NCBI RefSeq assembly: GCF_009914755.1
Contig: NC_060933.1
Length of the DNA stretch: 64,000 nucleotides
Strand: one strand, 5' to 3'
Origin: the human T2T-CHM13v2.0 reference genome, Homo sapiens
Positions 15,337-28,926 of this stretch are shown here, piece after piece. Every line of letters starts with the position of its first letter. The stretch's first letter is position 1. The position numbers were made by a program, and so were the translations under genes. A model generated the notes under the pieces. The model ran no database searches and was not told the origin of the DNA. It was given only the letters and a program-made list of their open reading frames with translations.

Positions 15337-15359
15337 GAGAAGAGAGAGATTGAAGAGAA

Positions 15360-16140
15360 ACTTGATGATCAGGCTCTGATAATGAATCCAGAGGGCAATG
15401 GGCGATGTTGAAGGCTGGCAAGCAGGGGAGTGACATGATCAGATTTGGATTTTAAAGGTAATTTTGTGTGCAGTGTGGAGCATAAGCAGGACAGGCAAGG
15501 CTGGTAAGAAGGAACCAGTTAAGAGGCTGTTTTTGATCTGGGACAGAGAGAGGGTGATGACTGATCTGGGGTTGGAGAAGAAAGCACATGTTTGAGAGGG
15601 CTGTGGGAGATGGAATCGGGGAGACTCTGCCAGCAGAACATGTGGGCAAAGCGCCGATGAGCTGTTCTGGAGCACGGGGCCCAGCACAGGGTGAGAGGCA
15701 AGATGCCTGTGGGGAAATCCAGGAGATAGTTAAACACAGGCAAGGGGCTGGAGCTCAGGAGAGGCTTGGTCTGGAAGGAAAAAGTTGAAGTTCATCACAA
15801 CACAGGTGGTGGTTGTCAACACTGTCTAGAAGGAGTGTACAGAAAGAGAAAAGGATGGTTTGAGGACAGAGCCCTGAGGAATGAAGAGGGGCACGCAAAG
15901 GAGCCTGAGAAGGAATGGTCAGAGAGGTGGGAGGAGAACCAGAGCCGACTGCATGACAGAGGGGGGCAGTGGTTCCACCAGGAAGAAGCCATCAGCGGCA
16001 TGGGCAGCGGCAGATGGGCCACGCAAGGTGAGCACTGGCAAGGGGCCTTAGGGTTTGCCAGTGTGGAGGTTGCTGGTAACCTTGACAAGGGCTCTTCTTT
16101 AGTGTGTGATTGGGACAGAATCCAGACTGCAGGTGGGATG
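15360..16140 (+). mobile_element. L2 fragment (old LINE)
   Basis: gcaggggagtgacatgatcagattt...ggacagagccctgagg...gagaggtgggaggagaacca are L2-like motifs. Boundaries are approximate. Confidence 0.6.
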
Positions 16141-16590
16141 TGAGGTTGCTCCCTCTCCACCTGCTTCAGCCCTGCCACTTACCCCAGTGAGCCTCTGCCC
16201 TTAACATGACTGTAGCCACGTTTATTGCATCTTATGCAGGGTCCAGGGTCTAGAGAAAGAAGGGGCAGCCTCTGGGAAGGGAGGCAAAGGCAGCCAGGTG
16301 CATGCTAGAGGAAGGTGGGGTGAGAGAGGCTGTTTGTGTGTGTGGTGGGGCCCATGGAGCTCAAGGGAGAGAGGAAATTGGAACACCAGGTTTCTTAGCC
16401 TGACCCTGCCACTGAGTGACCAGTTGCCTTGGGCAGGTCTCTCCCTGGCTTAAAGCCTGACTTCTCACTTATATGGTGTAGAATTAGGCCTTCGTGGGCT
16501 TTGGAGCTGTGTTTGAATCCTAGCTCTGTTATCTTCTAGCTGTGCGACTATCCACAAGTATCTTAACTGTTCACAAATTTAGCTTTCTTG

Positions 16591-16877
16591 TTTTTGAGAC
16601 AGGGTCTCACTCTGTCTCCTAGGATGGAGTGCAGTGGTACGATCTCAGCTCACTGCAGCCCCCACCTCCCATACTCAAGTGACTCTCTTGCCTCAGCCTC
16701 TTGAGTAGCTGGGACTACAGGCATGTGCCACTGTGCTCAGCTAATTTTTCTATTTTTAGTAGAGATGGGGTTTCACCATGTTGGCCAGACTGGTCTCGAA
16801 CTCCCGAATTCAGGTGACCTTCCTGCCTCGGCCTCCCAAAGTGCTGGGATTGCTGGCGTGAGTCACCTCTCCCGGCC
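16591..16877 (-). mobile_element. Alu inserted in a MIR
   Basis: Reverse Alu dimer; MIR core (gtttgaatcctagctctg...tagctgtgcgac) to the left. Confidence 0.9.
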
Positions 16878-17483
16878 CACAACTTTAGCTTCCTTATTGG
16901 TTAACAGGAGGACTTGTGTGAAGAAGGCCAAGTCTCAGCACCCAGTGTGGTACCCATGTATTGGTCCCTTGTTATTAGGACGGGTGCTCTAGCTGCTGTC
17001 TCCTCTCTGTCTCTGGCCCTCCCCTACTCCTCTCTTACCTCCCCACCTGCTTTGGCTCCTGAGCTGTGAGGACAGCAGTTGGATCCTGTCCCTCCTTAAT
17101 CCAGGGCAAAGTAATTCACTTACCACAAGACATTCCAGCCCCATGAGGGCTGTTAACCCTTGGAGCCTCGGAGGCAGGAGGGTGCATCCTCTGAGAGCTG
17201 TTAGGGAAATAGGCACCGCCCACATGCTTGATACCTGCCCACATCTGTGTTCCTCTTCCTTTTGTTGAGATTTTCATTGAGCACCTAATGCATCCTGGGC
17301 TCTGTGATGCTAAGCCCCTTACGTGCAGCATCTTCCCAAATCCTCGCAATAGCCCTGTGAAGTAGGTACTATTATTATCCCAGTTTCACAGATGGGAAAA
17401 CTGAGGCTCCTTGAGACTAAGCCTTTTGCCCAAGGTCACACTTTAAGTCAAGATTAAATCCAGTGCAGTCTAATATCACAGTC

Positions 17484-17778
17484 TTTTTTGTTTTTGTTTT
17501 TGTTTTTTTGAGATACAGTCTTGCTTTGTCACAGTGGTGCAATCTCGGCTCACTGCAACCTCTACCTCCTGGGTTCAAGTGATTCTTGCATCTCAGCCTC
17601 TGGAGTAGCTGGAATTACAGGTGCATGCCACCATGCCCAGCCAATTTTTGTATTTTTAGGAAAGACAAGGTTTCACCATGTTGTCAAGGCTGGTCTTGAA
17701 CTCCTGACTTCAAGTGATCCTCCCACCTCGGCCTCCCAAAGTGCTGGGATTACAGGCATGAGTCACCGTGCCCAGCCC
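17484..17778 (-). mobile_element. Alu inserted in a MIR
   Basis: Reverse Alu; TSD aatatcacagtctt; MIR motif tttcacagatgggaaaactgaggctc upstream. Confidence 0.9.
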
Positions 17779-18679
17779 AATATCACAGTCTTGACCCTTA
17801 ACCTCTATGCTCTGTACCTTAGCTTAAATATTGCCAGCTTTTAAAGACTGGCTTGTTAATGCTCCCCCAGCCAGGGTAAAGTCCTCACTTTCAGGTAGTT
17901 CAAGATGCCTCTCTCGGCCTCAGTTTCCCCATTTATAGAGTGGGAGAAAAATTCTTGCTGTGCAGATTTGTTGTGAGGATTGAAGACAGTAGCACTTGTA
18001 AAAGAACTTCGTGAGGCGTAAGCCTATATCGGATATTGTGGTGTTGTTATTTTTAGTTGCCAGGCTGTGCCAAGAAGTGAGGGCTTTTTTTTTTTTTTTT
18101 GTAAATATATATATAGGAATCTCAGTGAGTCACCAGGGTGAAGTTTTGCCAAAAAAGCTAGTGTGACCTTGGCCCCATTTATTGCAGCCAGGACAAGGGA
18201 AGTGGACTGATCCGTGTTGCAGCTTCCAGGTGTGTTGCCCTTGGAGCTGGCCTCCTGGCTGTGGGGGAGAGTTGGATGGGCTGGGCCACATTCACTGATC
18301 AGGGAGAGGAGGGGCTGGAGCCATCCGGGCCCTGGAAAACCAGCCATACACATGAGACACGGGGCAAGGGTTGTAGATCACATGCTACGGGGGCCAAGAG
18401 AGCGGCAACTCAGGGCGGTGGGGACTTTGGCTGGCTGCAGAGTGCCAATCTGTGCAAGGCTGTAGAGCTGCTGCCACTCCAGCTGACTGTTGCCATGGAG
18501 GGTGGAATGCAGGCCAGTGTTGCTTGAGCTGCTCATTTTTCAAGAGAGACGGAAACTTCTGTTCTTCAAAACCAAGTTATCTAAACAAAATCTGTGCGCT
18601 GGATGAATTAGGTGCATGAGTTGCCAGTTGGCAACCCTGACACAAGGAATCATGTGGGGTTCATTCACTCACCCAGTAT

Positions 18680-18981
18680 TTTATTTTATTTATTTTATTT
18701 TTTTGAGACAGAGTCTCACCCTGTTGCCCAGGCTGGAGTACAGTGGTGTGATCTCAGCTCACTGCTCTGCCTCCCGGGTTCAAGTGATTCTCCTGCCTCA
18801 GCCTGCCGAGTAGCTGGGATTACAGGCATGTGCCACCACACCTGGCTAATTTTTTGTATCTTTAGTAGAGACGGGGTTTCACCATGTTGGCTAAGCAGGT
18901 CTCAAACTCCTGACCTCATGATCGGCCTGCCTCGGTCTCCCAAAGTGCTGGGATTACAGGCGTGAGCCACCACACCCGGCC
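18680..18981 (-). mobile_element. AluS
   Basis: Reverse Alu with (TTTTA)n tail; near-TSD ctca.ccagtattt. Confidence 0.92.
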
Positions 18982-19620
18982 TATGCTCATCCAGTATTTT
19001 TAGCACATGGTATTGGAATGCGGGAAAGGCCATGGGGGCCCCTCTGTTTTCAGACCCTCCATGCCTCCTCCAGTCCCTCTACCTCTTGACCCTGCCAGCC
19101 TGTCAACCTGTCCTGACCTCACTCCCCCCTGCACCCCCATCTGTTCCTGTCCTCTCCTGCTGTATCTTATCCTGGATCTGAAGCCAGCCTAGCTCTGGGC
19201 TCCCCTGCTCCTGTCCTGGGGCTTCTGAGGGACCCAGTGGGCCCTGCTCAGCTGCCTCTCCCCCACCATATCTGGGCTATTTCACATTTTCTCAGACTTC
19301 CCCAAAGCTGCTCTGTACTCTTTTTTTTTTTTAAATCAGCAAATGGCTTGATCTGCTGCTTGATAGGTAAAATAATCAACACTTCCTATGTTCAGCTCAC
19401 CCTCTTGTCCCTCTTACCACCAGACCCATTAACCACCCGTGTATCCACATATCACCCCTTGGCTGGGGTGGGGTCCTCTCCTTCCTGGAGGACACCTCCA
19501 CTTCTGCACCAATCCAGCTGTCCAGCCTATTCAGGTACTTTACTCTGTCCTTTTTCTCTGTCCTTTATCTTCAGCCCATCCCTCTCTCAGCCTATAAACA
19601 TACTGAAGTTTCTCCACTGA

Positions 19621-20034
<414 letters not shown>

Positions 20035-20147
20035 TGGTCTGCCTTCTTACCTTGTACCCTCTCCTGGGGCCTTCTCCTCTGTCGGCTTTGACTTTGGCCC
20101 TTATGTCTACAATTCTTCAGGTTTTCTCCTTTATCAACTCTAGAACA

Positions 20148-20312
20148 GAGTTCTCCAGGGGAAATACAATACAAGCCATCTGTATAATTTAATTTTTTCT
20201 AGTATCCACATTAAAAAGGTAAAAAGCAACAGGTGAAATTAATTTTAATAATTAACCCATATAGCCAAAATCCTATTTCAAGATGCAATCAATGTAAAAT
20301 TATTAGGATATT
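20148..20312. mobile_element. hAT-Charlie MITE fragment (MER33/MER3-like)
   Basis: aatacaatacaagcca...taattttttctagtatccacattaaaaaggtaaaaagcaacaggtgaaattaatttt resembles MER33 from memory. Confidence 0.55.
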
Positions 20313-20314
20313 CT

Positions 20315-20935
<621 letters not shown>

Positions 20936-22333
20936 AGAGGCACAAGAAAGCAAGGCATGCATGGAGCAGTGCAGTTGTTTGGTTTGAGGGCATCTGGGAC
21001 AGGTAACTGCCTGGATTTAATCCTGGCTCACCATGTACAGGCTGTGTGACCTTGGACAAGCCATTCAAGTCCTCTAAGCTTCAGATTACCCATCTGTCAA
21101 GTGGGGGAGAATAATAGTGCTTAACTATCATTTGCAACATCTGAGTTTCTGGCTCCGCCAACGGGGATGGGGAACATAGAGTGAGGAGCAGGTGTGCTGT
21201 GAGATGGCGAACCTTCAACAGAGCCTGAGACGTCCGCGGAACACCAGGAGAGTTGCAGTGGGGATTTGCAAATAGGCATCTGGCTCCCCCACGGAGATGA
21301 CGGGAATTTCAGCGCATCAGGCATAGCTGAGACTGTCTACGTGGTAAAACCATGCCTGAAAAGACCTTTGGAAAATCAGGAGGTTGCTGGAGCCCTTGGA
21401 GAGAGCTTTGGTGTCTGTGACATGTGGAAATGGAAGCCAGATTGAGGAGGGGGTGCGAGGGAAGGGGTGAAGCAGCTGGCCAGTGTGTTCTCTCCTGCAG
21501 CCTGACTGAAACAGGGAGGGGGCAACCAGGAACCCACAGCTGGAGAAGGACACTGGGCAGGGGTGGGACAGTTTGCTGGGAAGGATGAGACTCCAGTGTG
21601 TGGGAACCGATCAATGGGAGGATGGAAGGTATGGGGGAGACGGAGGCCTCTGCAGAGGGAGAGGATAGCACAGGAGCCAGGGCTGAAGGGAACAGTGGCT
21701 CTAGACTGAGGGTAATGGGCCTGAAGGTAGGCCCCTTCCCCTGTGAAGGCAGCATTATCTGAGGAGCCGTGAGGGATGGGCAAGAAGCAGCAGCTTGGGA
21801 ATGCCGCCTGAGGTCAGTGGAAATGAAGCTGAGGGCAAGACAGTTAGGGCCCCACTGTTCCAGCATTGTGGGAATTGCGGTGGAGTGTGTGTGTGTAGGG
21901 AGGGGTTCCTGGCAGAGTCAGGCATGGATGGATTTGGAGGTCCCTTGAAGAAACTTCCTTCAGGTCAGCCTGAAGTGTGAGGGACTCTGAGGGGATGCAA
22001 TGCATGCCAGCCATCCCCTCCTTGCAGCCCTGCCTCACCCCAAAACTTCAGGTGGGCCTGGGGCTGAGGTGCTTGGATGTTTGTAGTAAGAGCTTCTAAC
22101 TCTGCTGCTCCACCCGGCTCTCAGTGGCTCAGGTCTGAGAGGCCTCAGCAGGGGCAAGGAGAGGAGGCAGTGAGGAGGGAAGGCTCTGGAGGAAGAGGGC
22201 ATGGCAGAGGGTCTTCGAGGCAACGCCAGGGAGGCCCAGGGCATGGGGGTGAGGAGCTAGAACTGAGCTCTGAGCCCTCCTCTGAGGTTGGGGCTTCTGG
22301 GCAGGCAGCCCCCTTAGAGGCCCTCCCTTGTAG

Positions 22334-22457
22334 GTATTCGGCCTTGGTTCCGTGGCCCATATGCTTCTAAATAAAACATTTGGGAGCTACCTTGGTGTCA
22401 ACTTGGGTTTTGGCTTCGGAGTCACCATGGGAGTGCACATGGCAGGCCGCACCTCTG
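22334..22457 (+). CDS. AQP7-like exon 4 (VFGLGSVAHMLLNKTFGSYLGVNLGFGFGVTMGVHMAGRTS)
   Basis: ttgtag| acceptor and |gtgagt donor; 124 nt; translated by hand with no stop. Confidence 0.9.
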
Positions 22458-22884
22458 GTGAGTGAGCCCAGGCCCTGCCGGACCGGGCAAGACCAGGTGT
22501 CCCCAACAGGCTCTTTCCTGCCCGCCTCAGCCAGCTCCTTTGCCAGCACAGCCAGTGCCTCAGCCTGGCCACCGGGCGGGAGGAAGTCTCCTCTGAACCC
22601 CGTGCCTATGACGTGTCTGCCCCAGATTCTTCCTGGCCCCCCCGACCTACCATTTTCACTGGCTGGGTCATCTTAGGCAAGCCATCGCCTCTGTGTTCCT
22701 CAGTTTCCTTAAGAGTGAAACGAAGATGGTGGCCCCTGCCTCACGGGGTGGTTGTGAGGGCTCAAGGAGAGAACTCTGTCACGGAGCATGCTGTCATACA
22801 CGCTAGCCATCGTTGTTCTCATACTGTTTGTCACTGTTGTTTGTTCTGCTCTCGCTCCCTGACACACTTGCCTGCTGCCCGCAG

Positions 22885-23022
22885 GAGCCCACATGAACGC
22901 AGCTGTGAGCTTCACTAACTGTGCACTGGGCCGTGTGCCCTGGAGGAAGTTTCCAGTCTATGTGCTGGGGCAGTTCCTGGGCTCCTTCCTGGTGGCTGCC
23001 ACCATCTACAGTCTCTTCTACA
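22885..23022 (+). CDS. AQP7-like exon 5 (GAHMNAAVSFTNCALGRVPWRKFPVYVLGQFLGSFLVAATIYSLFY), first NPA-like motif NAA
   Basis: ccgcag| acceptor and |gtgagc donor; 138 nt; no stop. Confidence 0.9.
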
Positions 23023-23230
23023 GTGAGCATCCTGCCCGGGTGTCCGCCTCTGGCCTCAGCTGCCTCCTATGAAATATGGGCAGATTGGACCTCAGTGTCC
23101 TGATTTGTAAAAAATAGCTGGGAGAAAAAAGCCTTGGAGGTCTCCTACCCTCTAACCTATAACCTCATTTCCGGGACCCTGGTGGGGCTTAGTTGGGGAC
23201 AGGTTCGCGTGATAGTCTGTGTCTCCACAG

Positions 23231-23349
23231 CGGCCATTCTCCACTTTTCGGGTGGAGAGCTGATGGTGACCGGTCCCGTTGCTACAGCTGGCATTTTTGC
23301 CACCTACCTTCCTGATCACATGACATTGTGGCGGGGCTTCCTGAATGAG
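23231..23349 (+). CDS. AQP7-like exon 6 (TAILHFSGGELMVTGPVATAGIFATYLPDHMTLWRGFLNE)
   Basis: ccacag| acceptor and |gtcagt donor; 119 nt. Confidence 0.9.
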
Positions 23350-23559
23350 GTCAGTGGTCCAGGATGAGTACCCCTCCCCCTGCCCTCCACCCCTCAGGAC
23401 GGAGCCAGCAGGGAGTCCCTCCGGATAGACAGGACAAGAACTCTGGATGGAGACTGTACCAAGATGTGTCTCTGCTGGTGGGCTTGGGTCTGGGGCACTG
23501 CCGAGGTCCTGTGGCTTGGGGAGGGGCCCAGGTGAGCTTCCACAGCATCTGCTCCTCAG

Positions 23560-23780
23560 GAGTGGCTGACCGGGATGCTCCAGCTGTGTCTCTTCGCCAT
23601 CGTGGACCAGGAGAACAACCCAGCACTGCCAGGAACACACGCACTGGTGATAGGCATCCTCGTGGTCATCATCAGGGTGTACCATGGCATGAACACAGGA
23701 TATGCCATCAATCCGTCCCGGGACCTGCCCCCCCCCCGCATCTTCACCTTCATTGCTGGTTGGGGCAAACTGGTCTTCAG
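23560..23780 (+). CDS. AQP7-like exon 7 (EWLTGMLQLCLFAIVDQ...IIRVYHGMNTGYAINPSRDLPPPRIFTFIAGWGKLVF), second motif NPS
   Basis: cctcag| acceptor and |gtactg donor; 221 nt; in frame with ORF 23575..23811. Confidence 0.9.
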
Positions 23781-24138
23781 GTACTGCCCCTGCCCAGGCC
23801 CATTCCTTTGAGATTTTCTGTGGGGCCCCTGTGTGTTGAGGTGTGGGGGGTGATGTGAGGGGCAGCACAGGAGGGTCCTGCAGAGCCCCCAGGTGGCCTG
23901 GGGAGCAGGAGTGAGTCCCAACATTTCCCCAGGCCAGTAGAGATACAGATCCTGCACCTGCACTGAGTGTCAACCCTGTCCCTGAGTCGGGCTGAGGCTG
24001 ACCAGGGCCCCGGGTTGGGGGTGTTTCCTGGGTTAGCCTGAGGATGACTCCTCTGCTCAACCAGTCTTGGCCCGAGGTGGATGAGGGTGCTGTCCTGGGC
24101 ATCAGCCCCCTCAGCCGGCCTCTGCCTCTTGCCTGCAG

Positions 24139-24424
24139 CGATGGGGAGAACTTGTGGTGGGTGCCAGTGGTGGCACCACTTCTGGGTGCCTCTCTAGGTG
24201 GCATCATCTACCTGGTCTTCATTGGCTCCACCATCCCACGGGAGCCCCTGAAATTGGAGGACTCTGTGGCATATGAAGACCACGGGATAACTGTATTGCC
24301 CAAGATGGGATCTCATGAACCCATGATCTCTCCCCTTACCCTCATCTCCGTGAGCCCTGCCAACAGATCTTCAGTCCACCCTGCCCCACCCTTACATGAA
24401 TCCATGGCCCTAGAGCACTTCTAA
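24139..24424 (+). CDS. AQP7-like exon 8 coding part (SDGENLWWVPVVAPLLGASLGG...ESMALEHF*)
   Basis: ctgcag| acceptor; TAA at 24422-24424; 286 nt; the C-terminus matches AQP7. Confidence 0.9.
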
Positions 24425-24456
24425 GCAGAGATTATTTGTGATCCCATCCCTTCCCC

Positions 24457-24462
24457 AATAAA
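24457..24462 (+). terminator. Polyadenylation signal AATAAA of the AQP7-like gene
   Basis: AATAAA 33 nt after the stop codon. Confidence 0.7.
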
Positions 24463-25379
24463 GAGAAGCTTGTCCCACAGCAGTACCCCCACTTCCTGGG
24501 GGCCTCCTGTGGTTGGGCTTCCCTCCTGGGTTCTTCCAGGAGCTCTAGGGCTATGTCTTAGCCCAAGGTGTAGAGGTGAGGCACCTCAAGTCTTTCATGC
24601 CCTGGGAACTGGGGTGCCCCAGGGGGAGAATGGGGAAGAGCTGACCTGCGCCCTCAGTAGGAACAAGGTAAGATGAAAGAATGACAGAAACAGAATGAGG
24701 GATTTTCAGGCAAGGGGGAAGGAAGGGCAGTTTTGGTGAAAGGACTGTAGCTGACTGGTGGGGGGCTGGCTTTGGAAATACTTTGAGGGGATCCTGAGAC
24801 TGGACTCTAGACTCTCCCCTGGTTGTTCCCTTCCCCGAGTTCTGGCCGGTTCTTGGACCAGACAAGGCATGGCCCAAGAAGGTAGATCAGAATTTTTTAG
24901 CCTTTTTTTCATTAGTGCCTTCCCTAGTATAATTCCAGATTTTTTTTCTTAATCACATGAAATTTTAATACCACAGATATACTATACATCTGTTTATGTT
25001 CTGTATATGTTCTGTGCTTTATACGTAAAAAAGAGTAAGATTTTTTTTCACCTCCCCTTTTAAGAATCAGTTTTAATTCCCTTGAGAATGCTTGTTATAG
25101 ATTGAAGGCTGGTAAGGGGTTGGGCTCCTCTTTCTTCTTCCTGGTGCCAGAGTGCTCCCACATGAAGGAATAGGAAAGGAAGATGCAAAGAGGGAAATCC
25201 TTCGAACACATGAAGACACAGGAAGAGGCCTCTTAGGGCTCCAAGGGCTCCAGGGAAGCAGCTGCAGAGGTTGGGTGGGGTGAGGGGCCAGGATCCACTG
25301 ACCCTGGGGCCAGGCAGGAATCACTCTGTTGCCTGGGGCTCAGAAGGCAGTATCACCCATGGTTCCTGTCATTGCTCAT

Positions 25380-26100
25380 GTATTTTGCCTTTCAACAATT
25401 ATTGTGCACCTACTGTGTGCAGGCCCTGCCTGGACACTGGGGATGCGCAGTGGATGCACTGGGCTCTGCCTTTGAGGGTTGCAGTTTAATGGGTGACAGG
25501 TAATTATAAGGAAGAAGGTGAGTGCAGAGTGGGAGGCTTGGAGGCTCTGGGGCTTGGGGTGGGGGAGCTCACATCCAGCCTCTGGGCCAAGGCCAGGAGG
25601 CTTCCCAGAGCAGGAGACAGAGCAGGGTATTGTGGTGGGGGGTGTCCTTTTTGGGGCTGGGATCTGCACTTTACAGTTTGAGGGGATGGGCAGAGGAGGC
25701 TGGGCTTCATTCTGGAGGTGGGGACATGGTGAGGTGAGGTTTAGAAAGCACACCTGAGCCGCAGTGTGTAGGATGCTGGAAATGGTGGAGATGGGCCTGC
25801 AAAGAGAGTGCTGGGAAGTGATGACCCAGGAGCAGCAGCCGGGCACCTAACAATGGGTCAGCACCGTGGGCGTGGAGACAAAGGCCGGGATTGATCAATA
25901 CCCGAGAAGTACAACGTACAGGACTTGGGCTCCATTTGGATGGAGTGGGTGAGGGAGGAGTCAGAAATGGCTTCCGATTTCCAGCTTGGGCCTGGGGATT
26001 GGAGATGTCCCCACTGAGAGTAGGGCACAAGTGAGGAAATGGTTTGGAGAGGAAGATGATAAGTTACATCATGGATGTGCTGAGTCTGAGTTGCCTATGG
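25380..26100 (+). mobile_element. L2 fragment downstream of the AQP7-like gene
   Basis: ttcaacaattattgtgcacctactgtgtgcaggccctg is the typical L2 terminal motif. Boundaries and strand convention are approximate. Confidence 0.55.
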
Positions 26101-26589
26101 GACTTGGAATGGGGGGTGGCAAAAGGTGTGTGATCTTGAGCAAGATATTCAACTCTTCTGGGCCTTGGTCTTCTCATTTGTAAAACGGTGATAAGAATAT
26201 TACTTCCCATTTGTGTTGCTGTGAATATTAAATGCGCTACCACATGTAAAATGTTGAGAATCGTTTCTAGCTCAGAGCAAGTGCTCAATAAACACCATTA
26301 TGCCTTTTATATGGTCTGGAGCTCAGAAGTGGAAGACAGGGTTTTGTGAAGTCATGGCTTTGTGGATGTAGCTAGATTGTGGAGTAATGGCAGGAGGGTC
26401 GGGGGCATGGCACAAGGTAAGTGGTCAAGAGACACTGGACACAACCCAAATGTCCATCCACAGGGGAACAGATACATACACTGCTGTGCAATTGCACATA
26501 ATAGAATCCTCTACAATAGCAAAAATTAAGGCACAACAGACACCTGCAACAACACAGAAAAATTCTGGAGGCATAAAAAGTAATACAGT

Positions 26590-27057
<468 letters not shown>

Positions 27058-28443
27058 CTATATACAGTGTGACACAATCTTGTAGCTGAAAAATAAGCAA
27101 AAACACATTATTTGATATATATATGTATGTAAGAAAACTATTTTAGAAAAAGAAATAATTCCTACAGGCAGATGGGGAAGAACACAGGAGTAGTACAAGC
27201 TATTAATAATTTTCTAGTTTTGGAGTTGGACATTTGTGGGTTTATTATATGATTGTGCTTGATAACATATAAATGTGATACATATTGTTTGTATGAGATA
27301 TATATATATGTATATATATATATACACCCACACACAGATAGATGATTGCTGACAAGGAGTTTCTAAAGATCATATATATATTTTTAGGTAAAATAGAATA
27401 ACATTCTGCTTCTGGTCTTCATAATAAAAGAGAAATCAGGACTAAGAAATCAAGTGTTTATTATATAGAGTTTTAATTTTTATTCTTTTATTTATTGATT
27501 TATCTTCTTTAGGCATGTGCAGAGATGAACTCACTAATTGTTCAAAATAAACAATTTGAATTCAAAGCAAAGTATATTTTTGGAATATCAATTATCACTT
27601 ATTGCAGATAAATGATAATATAAAACACCAACTTTGGAATTTATTTGTTTTACTTCTGTGACTCTCAGCCTACTTTTTAAAATATAGTGTATGTTTTAGG
27701 TAAGTTCAGACAGCAGCCAGCACTACATTTGGTTTAAAATCCAGTTTTATAATGACTTCATCTTTCAACCAGCCAAAGGGTAGTTACCTTGTGTCTGCCA
27801 TCGTGCATATGCTCTCAGCTCCTGACTGAGAAAACATGCCTGCAAGCACTTCCCTGCCTGAGATTATATTAAAAATCCATACCTGTGCTAGCAGCATGAG
27901 TTCAAGTTGATTATTGTTCTAGATCTGTGACTTCCCATTCATCCTCCTAAAGATATAAATGATTGCTTTTCAATAGACCACATACATAGGAATGATTATG
28001 AAGGCAAGGTTTAGTAACAATAATATACATAGTACTCTAATGGGATTGAATTGGAACACCCACATTAAACTCTCTTAAAATATATGGAGCAGAACACATG
28101 AGAGAAAGCAAAAGAACACGTGCACACAGCAGAGCTGCGAGTTGCATACTCTGTGCATGCTAATACCATCGCAACAACATCACTAAGGCTTCTGGGTAAC
28201 GTTTGCCACATCATATTGTGACATGCATTTGTTTTTATATTTTACCCTAAAAGGCAAAATAACTCTCCATGTGATGACAGAAGGAGCACACACAAAAAAA
28301 ACCCTCTCAGAAATATTAAAATGGTTGCAGGTAATTCAAATGGTATACTGTTTTAAAAGGTACTTGTCTAACACTTTAAGTTGGAAAAGCATCTTGGAAG
28401 TCATTAGATTCATATTTACATTACTTGAATTGTGACCCTAGCT

Positions 28444-28711
28444 TGACATTTCCATGGTGGGAGACATATTTTATTTAGGAGGCAGCAGTCTATTTAGTTT
28501 TTGAGAGCTTAATCGATAGATGGTTCAGATTTTCTACTGAACCAAAATCTAAATGCCTACCCATTGGTTTTCGTAGCCAACGTCAATATCCAACTGCTCT
28601 TTCATACAACATGGCTTCAAAGGCTATGTAACTAACATCATGCCACTGCACCTGTGTCTTTTTAAAGCCAAGTACCTCTAGTGCCCCTCATTATAGCTCA
28701 TATTTCAAGGT
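28444..28711 (+). repeat. Copy 1 of a 268-bp direct repeat (copy 2 at 32911-33178)
   Basis: Ungapped match at offset 4467 with about 10 mismatches by hand count. Confidence 0.95.
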
Positions 28712-28749
28712 ATCTTTCAGCAACAATGAATTGCATTAATCAAACTCAC

Positions 28750-28925
28750 TTTTTTTGCGTGTGCTTCACTTTATAGCTCTTCACAAATAACACATTTTTC
28801 ACAAATTGAAGGTTTGTGGCAATCTTGCATCAAGCAAGTCTATTCATTCTATTTTTCCAACAACGTGCTCACCTTGTGTCTCTATTTGACATTTTAGTAA
28901 TTATCACAACATTTCACATTTTTAA
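28750..28925 (+). mobile_element. Tigger1-like DNA transposon fragment
   Basis: gtgcttcactttat...ttttcacaaattgaaggtttgtggcaatcttgcatcaagcaagtctatt matches the recalled Tigger1 end. Confidence 0.7.
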
Positions 28926-28926
28926 A

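Noticed and set aside
23152-24207. 351-aa minus-strand ORF antisense to AQP7-like exons 6-8
   Set aside because: It is the GC-rich antisense shadow of coding exons, crosses introns, is Pro/Gly/Ser-rich and has no recognisable domain.
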